From Sphingomonas sp. (lineage in GTDB: Bacteria; Pseudomonadota; Alphaproteobacteria; Sphingomonadales; Sphingomonadaceae), in NCBI GenBank assembly GCA_043737475.1, contig JAYTAP010000080.1:3321-67320 (forward strand): a stretch of 64,000 bases of DNA, given 5' to 3'. Position 1 is the stretch's first letter. The number at the start of each line of letters is the position of its first letter. This document shows, in pieces, positions 42,292 to 50,956 of the stretch. Position numbers and translations under genes: made by a program. The notes under the pieces are model-generated. The model saw only the letters and a program-made list of their open reading frames with translations, did no database searches and was not told the origin of the DNA.

Positions 42292-43137
42292 CTATTCTGC
42301 GGCAGCGGCGAATCGGCCCGGTAATGCGTCGCCGAGCCGTTCAGCCAATGAACGCACTGCATATTGCACCCGCGCAAGTCCCTTGGTGGGCTCATCGAAC
42401 GCCGCATCAAGATAGAGCCGCCGATCAATCTCAATTTGTAAAGCGTGCACCCCGATAAGTGGCGCGGCATGACGCGTAACGATGTAACCGCCGGCATAAG
42501 GGGCATTAAGCGCGACTCGGAAGCCGAGTTCTTTGAAAATTGCTTCGGCCGTTGCGGTTACTTGTGCAGCCGCAGTTTTGCCAAATCGATCGCCGATCAC
42601 AATGTCTGGCGCGTAGTCGCCATGGACTGGTGGCATCGAATGAATGTCGAGGAGCAGCACCGACCCGTGGTTTTGTCGCGCCGCTTGAACCGCCGCCGCA
42701 AGCGCAGCATGGTAAGGGGTATGGATTGTGCGCACGCGCTCGGAAACGATTGCCGGATCGAGCGCTGTCTTCCACAACGCACCAACGCCCCACAGCCGTG
42801 TCGGTATCAAGCCCAGCCCGGCCCGTGCTTTCGCCGATACCGGAACACCCCCGCTGATCCCGCCGCGAACTGACACGGGATCGATGTCATCAGGGGCGCG
42901 GTTGAGGTCGATGACAAGACGGGGGATGTTCGCGATAATTGTTGGGACGCGCGCGGTAATCGCTGCGTCCGTTAAACGATCGGCGTAGCGGTCCTCAAGA
43001 GGCAAAACGCTCGAAACCGGAACGCGCAGCTCGTCAAGAACTGTCGGGTTATAGGCGCGACCGGCATGCGGCAGCGAAATCACAACTGGTCCCGTCATCG
43101 GATCGAAATGGTGCGTGTGGAACGGTTGGGTCGTCAT
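42292..43137 (-). CDS. N-formylglutamate amidohydrolase
   Basis: SLPHAG, EDRYADRL, IDLNR, YHAAL, LLDIHSM, NAPYAGG, HALQIEIDRRLY. Confidence 0.92.
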   Translation of the reverse strand: MTTQPFHTHHFDPMTGPVVISLPHAGRAYNPTVLDELRVPVSSVLPLEDRYADRLTDAAITARVPTIIANIPRLVIDLNRAPDDIDPVSVRGGISGGVPVSAKARAGLGLIPTRLWGVGALWKTALDPAIVSERVRTIHTPYHAALAAAVQAARQNHGSVLLLDIHSMPPVHGDYAPDIVIGDRFGKTAAAQVTATAEAIFKELGFRVALNAPYAGGYIVTRHAAPLIGVHALQIEIDRRLYLDAAFDEPTKGLARVQYAVRSLAERLGDALPGRFAAAAE

Positions 43138-43271
43138 GGCCTGCTGCCGTAACGACGCACTGGTTAGATTCCAGCATTTTTAATAAGGCCAGTGCTGGAA
43201 AATCTTAAGGGTCGCAGGCATAGATGCGAACGAACGTCGCAAGGCAGACGCTTTGCCCAAGGGATCGACTT

Positions 43272-43649
43272 ATGCCGCGCATATTGCTTGCCGAAGATGA
43301 CGACGCGATGCGCACTTATCTGGTCCGTGCACTCGAACGCTCGGGCTATGCGGTCGTTGCCGTCGATCGCGGCACGGCAGCGCTGCCTTTGATCGAAAGC
43401 GGCGGGAACTTTGATTTGCTTCTGACCGACATCGTCATGCCCGAGATGGATGGTATCGAGCTCGCGCAAAAAGCAGCTGTTATCGCACCACAGATGCGGG
43501 TGATGTTTATCACGGGTTTTTCGGCGGTGTCACTGCGGGCGGGACAAGCATTGCCGCAAGCAAAAGTGCTGTCGAAACCGTTTCACCTTCGCGACCTTGT
43601 CATGGAGGTTGACCGGATGTTCGCCACGCCGAATGCCAGTGAGCTTTAG
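43272..43649 (+). CDS. cpdR: Single-domain response regulator CpdR
   Basis: RILLAEDD, LLTDIVMPEMDGIELA, MFITGFSAV, LSKPFHLRDLV. Followed by tRNA-Val, as expected for cpdR loci. Confidence 0.9.
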   Translation: MPRILLAEDDDAMRTYLVRALERSGYAVVAVDRGTAALPLIESGGNFDLLLTDIVMPEMDGIELAQKAAVIAPQMRVMFITGFSAVSLRAGQALPQAKVLSKPFHLRDLVMEVDRMFATPNASEL

Positions 43650-43697
43650 CCAGCGGGTTGCCAGCGCCAAAGGCTGGCGCTAGGGCGTGCGGAGCGT

Positions 43698-43772
43698 GGG
43701 CGTGTAGCTCAGTGGTAGAGCACTGTGTTGACATCGCAGGGGTCGCAAGTTCAATCCTTGCCACGCCCACCA
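43698..43772 (+). tRNA. tRNA-Val(GAC)
   Basis: GGGCGTG acceptor stem, AGCTCAGTGGTAGAGC D-arm, anticodon arm CTGTG-TTGACAT-CGCAG, GTTCAAT T-loop, encoded CCA. Confidence 0.98.
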
Positions 43773-43782
43773 TAAAACGTGA

Positions 43783-44466
43783 TTATCTTCCCGGCGACAA
43801 ACCCCAAGGCGCAAAAACGACAGAGGATCGGGTCGAGGCGGTCGCCGCAGGATCGGGCTTCGCCATTTCCCCAATCTTTGCGGCCAAGGGAGCGGCGCCG
43901 TCCATCCCGAGCATAAGGGGTTCTGAAAACGGCGAATAAGCACGCGCCGGCGTTTTCACGTCACGTGCGCCCGCGCCACGGTAAAAAATATGGGCACCGA
44001 TTTTGGCAATTCGAATCAAGCTGGGTGCCCAATAGGGGGACACATAATCGGCATGGTAGTGCGTTGCACCGGGCACCCGTGATGGGATTAGTCCGTCAAG
44101 CGCCGCCGCTGCGATCAGATGCGTGTTGGTTAACACCGCTTCTGATAGGCGACGCTTCAAAGACCCGTCGCACGTAAAGCTGAACTGGCAGCCCGTCCGG
44201 CGATGCGATCCGCTGAACACGACGCCACAAATCGATTTGGGATAGCCGGCGTGGCGCACGCGGTTCAGAATTACTTCGGCAACCGCCTGCTGTCCTTCGG
44301 TCGGTTCGTATCCAGCTTCATAAGCAATCGCATTTGCCAGGCATCCGATCGCGCGTTGTCGATCGCCTGCCTCGCCGATCGAAATCATCGGCGCGATTTC
44401 CGCACGAACGGCGCCCGGTGTGATCGAAAAAATCACAGACGCCAGAAAGGCTGCAATTCGTATCAT
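43783..44466 (-). CDS. SleB-like cell wall hydrolase (Hydrolase_2 family)
   Basis: Signal peptide; CLANAIAYEA, AVAEVILNRV, ICGVVF...CQFSFTCDG, GATHYHADYV.PYW, IGAHIFY. Confidence 0.92.
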   Translation of the reverse strand: MIRIAAFLASVIFSITPGAVRAEIAPMISIGEAGDRQRAIGCLANAIAYEAGYEPTEGQQAVAEVILNRVRHAGYPKSICGVVFSGSHRRTGCQFSFTCDGSLKRRLSEAVLTNTHLIAAAALDGLIPSRVPGATHYHADYVSPYWAPSLIRIAKIGAHIFYRGAGARDVKTPARAYSPFSEPLMLGMDGAAPLAAKIGEMAKPDPAATASTRSSVVFAPWGLSPGR

Positions 44467-44590
44467 TGCAGTGCAACCCTTCCCAAACCTTTGTCCCGCA
44501 GCATCTCGATGTGCGCGTCATTGGTTGCACTAATCTGACATCTGGCGCTAAAAGTTGCCGGGCGCGCACATACACAGGCAGTAATTTACC

Positions 44591-45136
44591 ATGATCCGGA
44601 TCATTTCACTTCTTCTTGTGTTGCTAGGCGCTGGCTGCGCGCCAACCGTTCTTCAACCTGTCGACTCATCGGCGTCCTTTGTGTACCGCCTCGGAACCGG
44701 GGATCGGTTGCGGATATCGGTTTTCGACGAGCCGCGCCTCAGCGGCGATTTTGCTGTGGATGGCACGGGCGTGATTGCCTATCCGTTGTTGGGATCGATC
44801 AATGTGTCGGACAAAACGACAGCCGAAGTGCGTGACCAGGTCGCGCTGCGGTTAGGCGCAGAGTTTGTTCGCAATCCTAGAGTTTTGGTCGAAGTAATCA
44901 ATTATAGGCCCGTTTATGTTCTGGGCGAAGTTACGCGCCCCGGCGAGTTTGTGTATTCCGAGGGCCTGACCGCTTTTGCACTCGTGGCCAAAGCGGGGGG
45001 TTTCACCTATCGTGCAAACCAGAAGATCGTGTTTATCCTTCGCGAAAAGGGCGAGTCCGAACAAGCTTATCCGCTCGACGCGAAACTTTTGATTCGACCC
45101 GGGGACACAGTCAGGATCGGCGAACGCTATTTTTGA
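44591..45136 (+). CDS. Short Wza/OPX-like polysaccharide export lipoprotein
   Basis: Lipobox LGAGC; YRLGTGDRLRISVF, G.IAYPLLG, VYVLGEV.RPG, AGGFTYRAN, PGDTV. Confidence 0.9.
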   Translation: MIRIISLLLVLLGAGCAPTVLQPVDSSASFVYRLGTGDRLRISVFDEPRLSGDFAVDGTGVIAYPLLGSINVSDKTTAEVRDQVALRLGAEFVRNPRVLVEVINYRPVYVLGEVTRPGEFVYSEGLTAFALVAKAGGFTYRANQKIVFILREKGESEQAYPLDAKLLIRPGDTVRIGERYF

Positions 45137-45375
45137 TCGATAAGCTTGTTGCGCCGCAGCATTATTTTCCTGTCAAAAATGCGCGTGCATAGCAGGCGCG
45201 ACTTTTGAGCAGTCATCAAGTAATTGTCAGGACATGATTTTTGCATGTCTTCAAATTAAGATGACGCTTGATGCACTGTCTTTCGCGCCGCGGCCGTCTT
45301 TGTAACGCAGGCGACATAGAGCCCACATAAAGACTTTGTTAATGGTTCCCGCACGGGGGATCGCTCACTTGGAAT

Positions 45376-46155
45376 TTGGGGACTTTGATGACACTCGTCA
45401 GTCAATCGGTTTGCGATACCCCGGACATCGAAGGCGATGTCGGTTCCAATCCCGGACCGGCACGCGATCATAGTCACGGGCAATCGCTCGATCGCTGGAT
45501 GAACAATTTCCGCAGCAGCCTATGGCGATCAGAACCGTCTATATCGATGTCGCGTCTTTCGCGGGCGATCGATATTGTTGGCGCGTCGCTGATCCTTTTA
45601 ATCGCTCTGCCGTTCCTGTGCCTTCTGGCATGCCTTCTTGCGTTTGATAGTCCGGGGCCTTTGTTCTTCATACAGCGCCGGATCGGTCGGGGTGGGCGTG
45701 AATTCTCGTGCATCAAGTTCCGCACGATGTGCAAGAATGCCGACGCGGCGCTTCAGCAGCATTTGTCCAATTCCAGCGCGGCACGCCTCGAATGGGCGCG
45801 TGACCAAAAGCTTCGCGCCGACCCCCGGATCACGAGGTTGGGTGCGCTCGTCCGCAAGTTCAGCCTCGATGAATTTCCCCAGCTCATCAACATCATCAAG
45901 GGCGAGATGAGCCTTGTCGGGCCGCGCCCGATCGTATCGTCAGAGATTTCGCGCTATGGCGGCTATTTCAGCGCTTATTGCGCGGTGCGACCGGGATTGA
46001 CCGGCCTGTGGCAGGTCAGTGGACGGAACAATGTTTCTTATCGCCGACGCGTCAGCATCGATTGCTATTACGTCCGGAACAAATCTGTATTGCTGGACAT
46101 GGCCATCTTGCTGCGCACTGGCCCAGCTGTCCTTTGGGCCAAAGGCTCATACTGA
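45376..46155 (+). CDS. Priming sugar transferase (Bac_transf; ExoY/WbaP C-domain type)
   Basis: RAIDIVG + one TM, KFRTM, DPRITRLG, SLDEFPQL, GEMSLVGPRP, RPGLTGLWQV. Start uncertain (45376-45547). Confidence 0.92.
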   Translation: MGTLMTLVSQSVCDTPDIEGDVGSNPGPARDHSHGQSLDRWMNNFRSSLWRSEPSISMSRLSRAIDIVGASLILLIALPFLCLLACLLAFDSPGPLFFIQRRIGRGGREFSCIKFRTMCKNADAALQQHLSNSSAARLEWARDQKLRADPRITRLGALVRKFSLDEFPQLINIIKGEMSLVGPRPIVSSEISRYGGYFSAYCAVRPGLTGLWQVSGRNNVSYRRRVSIDCYYVRNKSVLLDMAILLRTGPAVLWAKGSY

Positions 46156-46186
46156 AACACGCGGCCCCGGATAAACGGCAAAGCGA

Positions 46187-46411
46187 TCAAAAAGCGTATA
46201 TAAAAAACGCGATCCAAAAAGCAGCGCCTAGCGAGGCTCCTGCCACCCATCCTCTAAGTGAAATGGGGCGCTGGTCAGCTGCAATTCCGGCGTGCTGTAA
46301 TTGCAACATTTCGAAATCCTCTCCGGCATCATTATCAATCAACGACACGTCGACGATGCCGCCGTCACGCACTATTTTACGATCGTGCAAATCCCTCAAC
46401 CTGATACTCAT
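46187..46411 (-). CDS. Possible small protein with C-terminal TM
   Basis: 74-aa ORF from ATG 46411 ending GWVAGASLGAAFWIAFFIYAF; lies in an AT-richer gap. Confidence 0.45.
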   Translation of the reverse strand: MSIRLRDLHDRKIVRDGGIVDVSLIDNDAGEDFEMLQLQHAGIAADQRPISLRGWVAGASLGAAFWIAFFIYAF

Positions 46412-46562
46412 CACCAAATTTGCCCAAACGTGACACAAGAGTCATCGAATTGCAACATCATAGCATATCGCCCGATGCATAGTTCAAATTACCTTGTGAA
46501 TACGTGAACAGGGATGAAGGCAGTAATTTGATATGCGATTTCGGTCGCAAAAATCGACGATC

Positions 46563-47438
46563 CTACGCGCAATGCCGGATCAAATAGGGGCGACTTACAG
46601 CGCCGGTTAATTCGACCACGCAGCTCCGGCTGGCGACGGCGCCTGACGGATATGATGCCGTGACCGAAATCGTGAAAGGACGCGCCACGCGGCTCGTTTT
46701 ATCCACAAAATCAAGTGCGGTTACCTGTCCCTGACTTTGGCGGCCGCGTATGATTTGATCGACGGCGGCGTCGCCTGCCGGATACATGACAGCAATGGCG
46801 GCCGGTGTTGCCGTCTGCAGATCGAAAGTGCCGTTACCGAAGTCAGTCGTCGCGATCAAAGCAATTTTTGTGAAAACGTCCGGCGGAAACCCGCGGACAC
46901 GGCCGAGTTCGCGCAATGTCTGCAACGGCGCATTGCGTGGGGCTAGGCCTTCCTTACGGTAAAACGCGCGTTCGGCACCACTCGGTCGTGCTTCATCATC
47001 TTCATCGATCCAGTCAAGGAACGAATCGCGTGCAACCTGAAGTGGCTCGCCGGACAATCCGGCGTATTCGAGCAGCGCCGCAAGTTGCGTTTCGTCGATA
47101 AGATTAAGCGGCACCTTTCCGCGCTCGTCGCGCACAATGATTTCAAGGCTGCCGTCATCGAAAACAAGCCGGCGTGGCGTGCCGTCGACCGGAAATGCGT
47201 TCGCCGCTTCGTTCGCCAAAAGTCCGCGCAGCGCGAGCGCGATACCTGCTTCGGCAGCAGCGCTAGCGCGTGCCGCTTCGACTTCGGCGCTGCCGGTGAC
47301 GATGACACGCCGCGTCAGGGTCAGCGCCGCCAGTGCAACAATTGCAAAAAACAATATGGCAGCAACGGCTGCAACGAGGGCGTACCCTTCTTGGGCCGCA
47401 GGACGAATGCCGACGGTCAATCTGCCGTAAAAATTCAT
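46563..47438 (-). CDS. gspK: T2SS minor pseudopilin GspK
   Basis: Prepilin-like G|YALVAAV without Glu5, RDERGKVPLN, DWID.DD, LQTLRELGRVRGF. Confidence 0.9.
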   Translation of the reverse strand: MNFYGRLTVGIRPAAQEGYALVAAVAAILFFAIVALAALTLTRRVIVTGSAEVEAARASAAAEAGIALALRGLLANEAANAFPVDGTPRRLVFDDGSLEIIVRDERGKVPLNLIDETQLAALLEYAGLSGEPLQVARDSFLDWIDEDDEARPSGAERAFYRKEGLAPRNAPLQTLRELGRVRGFPPDVFTKIALIATTDFGNGTFDLQTATPAAIAVMYPAGDAAVDQIIRGRQSQGQVTALDFVDKTSRVARPFTISVTASYPSGAVASRSCVVELTGAVSRPYLIRHCA

Positions 47439-47950
47439 TCGGCGGGCGCGTCTTGTTCGACCGCCACCATTGGCGTTGCCCCGTAAGCGATCTGGTGGCG
47501 GACGTTGTTCTTGACGAAAACCGCACCCTCGGGGCGCAGCGCGATCAGGCGCCAGCCATCGACTGCGCCGCCGATCGCGATGTTCGACACCCTACCGTTG
47601 GCGCGCCGGACAACCGCGAAGGCGCGTCCGCGAATTGTGACCGTCCCGGCGACTGAAGCCCCGCCGAGCGGCAGTGTCTGAACGCTCGGCCGCGTAGCCA
47701 ACGACTGGCGCGGCGCGAACAATGGCCGGTCGAATATCACCCGCGCGGCGCTTACGGGCGAAACGGCAGGCATGGCGAAATCGAACCGACTTGCGCCGAT
47801 GGCAAGCACCGGCGGCAAGTCGGGCTCGCGATCGGCCGAAACGAGCTGGATCGCCAGCGCGATAGCAAGCAAGCTGGCCAAGACGCCCGGCAGATACGTG
47901 CCCTCAACGCGACTGGGAAAGGATAACGGGAACTGAAATGTCAAAGCCAA
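47435..47950 (-). CDS. T2SS accessory protein, GspN/GspC-like
   Basis: One TM, RPLFAPR motif, C-terminal beta domain (GTV...AVV...GGAVDGWRL). Position between gspM and gspK. Confidence 0.65.
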   Translation of the reverse strand: MALTFQFPLSFPSRVEGTYLPGVLASLLAIALAIQLVSADREPDLPPVLAIGASRFDFAMPAVSPVSAARVIFDRPLFAPRQSLATRPSVQTLPLGGASVAGTVTIRGRAFAVVRRANGRVSNIAIGGAVDGWRLIALRPEGAVFVKNNVRHQIAYGATPMVAVEQDAPAE

Positions 47951-48470
47951 CCTCCATCAAGTCCGGGCGGCCGCTGATCACCGCCTGATCCGCAGAAATA
48001 TCGAGCGACTCGATGGCAAGATAGGGCGGTTCGTTTTCGAGGCGTGTCAGCACCGTTGTCAATTGTCCGAGGGTCATGCGCGCAGAAACCCGCGCACGAA
48101 CCGCCGCCTCGTCATCCGTCGCGTCATCGACTGCGCGGACTTCACCGCCGACGTCTTCGATCGTTTTCTGCACACGGTCCAGCAGACTGGTGAGCGCTGC
48201 TGCCTTGGTGGGAGCGGTCATAACGACGTTGCGAAGCTGCTCACGCTGTCGCTCGGCTTGCCGCCGCAGCCGCGGGATCGAGCCGATGATACGCTGGTGC
48301 TGCTGATATTGTCGGGTCAACAATGTGCGCTTTGCGGCACGGTCGCTGAAACCGGACAGGATCGGGCCAACGACGGCCAGCCAGATCAACCCAATGACCG
48401 CGACCAGAATAAGGATCGCAACGAGGCCGCGCTCGCGTGGCGAAAGGCTGCGGGTGGGTAGAAGCGCCAT
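47904..48470 (-). CDS. gspM: T2SS inner-membrane platform protein GspM
   Basis: LSPRERGL + TM + coiled coil + ferredoxin-like domain (LTRLENEPPYLAIESLDI). ATG overlaps the gspL stop. Confidence 0.85.
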   Translation of the reverse strand: MALLPTRSLSPRERGLVAILILVAVIGLIWLAVVGPILSGFSDRAAKRTLLTRQYQQHQRIIGSIPRLRRQAERQREQLRNVVMTAPTKAAALTSLLDRVQKTIEDVGGEVRAVDDATDDEAAVRARVSARMTLGQLTTVLTRLENEPPYLAIESLDISADQAVISGRPDLMEVGFDISVPVILSQSR

Positions 48471-49486
48471 CAGCGTTGCGCAATTTCGGCGACGAGGTCG
48501 AATGGCTGCCCCGTTGCGGTTTCGGCGATCGAGTCGGTCTGCGCGCTCTTGACGTTGGCAAATCCTGGAAGCTTGCGAAGCGCGCTTGCAACATCGGTAT
48601 CGCGCGAACGGTAACCGGTCAGCCGGAGCGTTGCGCCGTCCCACGCGTAGCGCTGGACCCACGCGCCGTCCGGAACGGCCTGCGTGATCGCGGCCAGAGT
48701 CGACAACGGTTCACGTTGCTGACGCTGCAGCGCAGCGCGTTGCGCGTGCGCGTTCATCGCCCGCATCCGCGCCGTAATACGCTGCGCCACAGTGACAGCC
48801 GGTCGCTGGCCATCGACAAGCGCCTGCAGCCGCTCGATATCTGCCGTGTCGCGCCAGGAAAGCATCGCAATGTTGAGAAGCGCGAGCGCGGCAACCACGG
48901 CCCACCAATTTGCGCGACCGGGTCGATGCGAACCGAGTAGCCCGCTACGCTGCATCTGCGGAAGGAAATCGAAGCGCGGATCCACGTGCTCGTCGCGCAA
49001 GACGCGCACTGCGGCGGGTATCAGGCCGGTCGCCGAGATGGCTACGGCAATTGCCGTCGCCCGCGTGATCGGCAGCGCCGCGACATCCACTGTCATCAAG
49101 CCTTCATCAGTCCGCGTGCGACGGGGGGTGGCTGAAAGCAATATCGATTCGGTCGGCATCGGGAAATAACGACCGGCGTTGAGCGCAAGCATCCGGTTCA
49201 CCTCGCTGGCCGACATCGGTGGTACCGTGACCTCGCGCACAAGAAGCTGATTTTCGTTGATGACGATGATCGCACCGTCGCTTGGCGCGCGACCAAGCGC
49301 GTCGCCTGTTGCGGCATCATGCCACACGCCATCGTCGAGGGTCAGCATTTGCCGGTTGCGCTGGCCGAAGCGCTGGAGCGACGACGGCACCAGTGCAGCA
49401 AGTTCATCGATCCACCAGTCAAACCCCCGCCGCGCTTCATGTCGCAGCGTCGTGAGATCACTGTTCAGCAGGTCGTTGAGCGTCAT
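48470..49486 (-). CDS. gspL: T2SS inner-membrane platform protein GspL (PilN-like C-terminus)
   Basis: FDWWIDELAALVP N-terminus, TM, coiled coil, VPDGAWV...LRLTGY...LPGFANV. Confidence 0.85.
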   Translation of the reverse strand: MTLNDLLNSDLTTLRHEARRGFDWWIDELAALVPSSLQRFGQRNRQMLTLDDGVWHDAATGDALGRAPSDGAIIVINENQLLVREVTVPPMSASEVNRMLALNAGRYFPMPTESILLSATPRRTRTDEGLMTVDVAALPITRATAIAVAISATGLIPAAVRVLRDEHVDPRFDFLPQMQRSGLLGSHRPGRANWWAVVAALALLNIAMLSWRDTADIERLQALVDGQRPAVTVAQRITARMRAMNAHAQRAALQRQQREPLSTLAAITQAVPDGAWVQRYAWDGATLRLTGYRSRDTDVASALRKLPGFANVKSAQTDSIAETATGQPFDLVAEIAQR

Positions 49487-50166
49487 GACGATGCTCCGCA
49501 CCGGCCGGTCAGCACATCGATCCTGCACGCGGTGTTGTCCGTCGCGCGCGGCCGGACGATCAAATCAGGCCAGACGCGTCGGTCGCCGGACCTCAGGGCG
49601 ACACGAATGCGCACAAGTGCGGGCGGCTGCGGGCGTTGGAACCAGTTGATTTGCCACGACGTGCCCGACCCGGTCTGGCGCGCGCCAAAATAATTGATCT
49701 GGAACGACTGGACGTTTTTGAGGAGTATAATTGGCTGCCACCCCTTTGAACCGGGCATCATGAAATCGTGACGGTCGTCAAGGCTGTTTGCCGTGAGCAG
49801 CGTAAGATCACCAGCGGGCGTAAGGATTATCCGGTAACGCCAGAGGCTGTCGGGCTCGTTGCGCGCGAGCGGAACGGATTGGAAAGTGAACGCACTTTGA
49901 TCGCCAACAGCATCCACGATCGCGACTGCGCTGTCGGGATCGACGACCGGCCGCAATTGTTCGATCCGGTCGCGCAACACGCGCTGTGCCGCGATGACGC
50001 TTTCGTCGGCTTCGAATTGCCCTGCACTGCGCTGACCGAACAGGCTGGTGGTGCGAAGGCCATTGAGCAACATAGCGGCAACCATGCCAAGTAATGCGAG
50101 GCTGACCAGCATTTCGACGAGCGTGAAGCCGCGATCGCGGCGGCAAGCGGCCGGGGGGGTGATCAC
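49483..50166 (-). CDS. gspJ: T2SS minor pseudopilin GspJ
   Basis: RG|FTLVEMLVSL; C-terminal W...PALVRIRV...WPDL. Confidence 0.88.
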   Translation of the reverse strand: MITPPAACRRDRGFTLVEMLVSLALLGMVAAMLLNGLRTTSLFGQRSAGQFEADESVIAAQRVLRDRIEQLRPVVDPDSAVAIVDAVGDQSAFTFQSVPLARNEPDSLWRYRIILTPAGDLTLLTANSLDDRHDFMMPGSKGWQPIILLKNVQSFQINYFGARQTGSGTSWQINWFQRPQPPALVRIRVALRSGDRRVWPDLIVRPRATDNTACRIDVLTGRCGASS

Positions 50167-50168
50167 AA

Positions 50169-50546
50169 TCAGCGCCCGAGTCTGAGCGAGCGCAGTCGCA
50201 GCACGGGGCGGTTGGTGTCAGCGCGTTCGACCGTGACGGTGATAAGGTTGAGCGCCGGTGCCGTTCCGCTGCGCGATAAATACGGTTGCACGCTGACTCG
50301 CCAGCGTAGCGACCCGGCAATGCCTGCCTGCCGCTCGTTGCCCGTCGCATTTGCACCGATTGCGCCGTCGAGTGCCGATTTCGCAACCAGGACTGCCATC
50401 CGGCGATCGATCATCGTCTGGGTCGTGCGCGCGTTGCTTGCCAACGTCTGAAAGGTGACGCCCATGATCGTGGCAATGATTGCCAGCGCGATCAACGTTT
50501 CGATCAGGCCGAAACCGGCCTCATAATGGCGACGGTCACGGGTCAT
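50169..50546 (-). CDS. gspI: T2SS minor pseudopilin GspI
   Basis: AG|FGLIETLIALAI; 125 aa from ATG 50546. Confidence 0.85.
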   Translation of the reverse strand: MTRDRRHYEAGFGLIETLIALAIIATIMGVTFQTLASNARTTQTMIDRRMAVLVAKSALDGAIGANATGNERQAGIAGSLRWRVSVQPYLSRSGTAPALNLITVTVERADTNRPVLRLRSLRLGR

Positions 50547-50956
50547 GCCCAGCGCGACGTGACGACGCCGGTTTGCGGATCGATTGTCACGCTGAAACGA
50601 CGCGAGCGCGACTTCATCGCAAAGATACCGCCGCTCGATGTTCCGTCGCGAAAGAAGCGAAGCGCGGCCGGTTGTTCGATATCGATATCCACGGGCAAAG
50701 CACTGCGCGTCAATGCCAACCCGGTGCGCGGATCGGCTTTCACGAATGGTGCCAGCCTGACGGTCCGGTTCTCGCGGATTGCTGTCGCCTGCGCCTGGCG
50801 TATTGCCAGCTCGACTTGCACCGCTGCCGTGTTGAATGCGCGAGAGCTGATGGACTTGTCGATTGCAGGAAAGCCGATGGCCGCAATCAATCCCGCCGCC
50901 GCGATAACGACAAGCATTTCGAGAAGGGTAAACCCGTTGGCGAATGGCTTTTTCAC
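50543..50956 (-). CDS. gspH: T2SS minor pseudopilin GspH
   Basis: NG|FTLLEMLVVI; FFRDGTSSGG...DPQTGVV typical of GspH/FimT. Confidence 0.85.
   Translation of the reverse strand: MKKPFANGFTLLEMLVVIAAAGLIAAIGFPAIDKSISSRAFNTAAVQVELAIRQAQATAIRENRTVRLAPFVKADPRTGLALTRSALPVDIDIEQPAALRFFRDGTSSGGIFAMKSRSRRFSVTIDPQTGVVTSRWA

Noticed and set aside
44543-44558. Sigma54-like TGGCGC...TTGC upstream of the wza-like gene
   Set aside because: GG-to-GC spacing is 11 nt; sigma54 requires 10.
45231-45249. Palindrome GACATG-N7-CATGTC upstream of the sugar transferase
   Set aside because: Only 6-bp arms with no second copy seen; compatible with chance.
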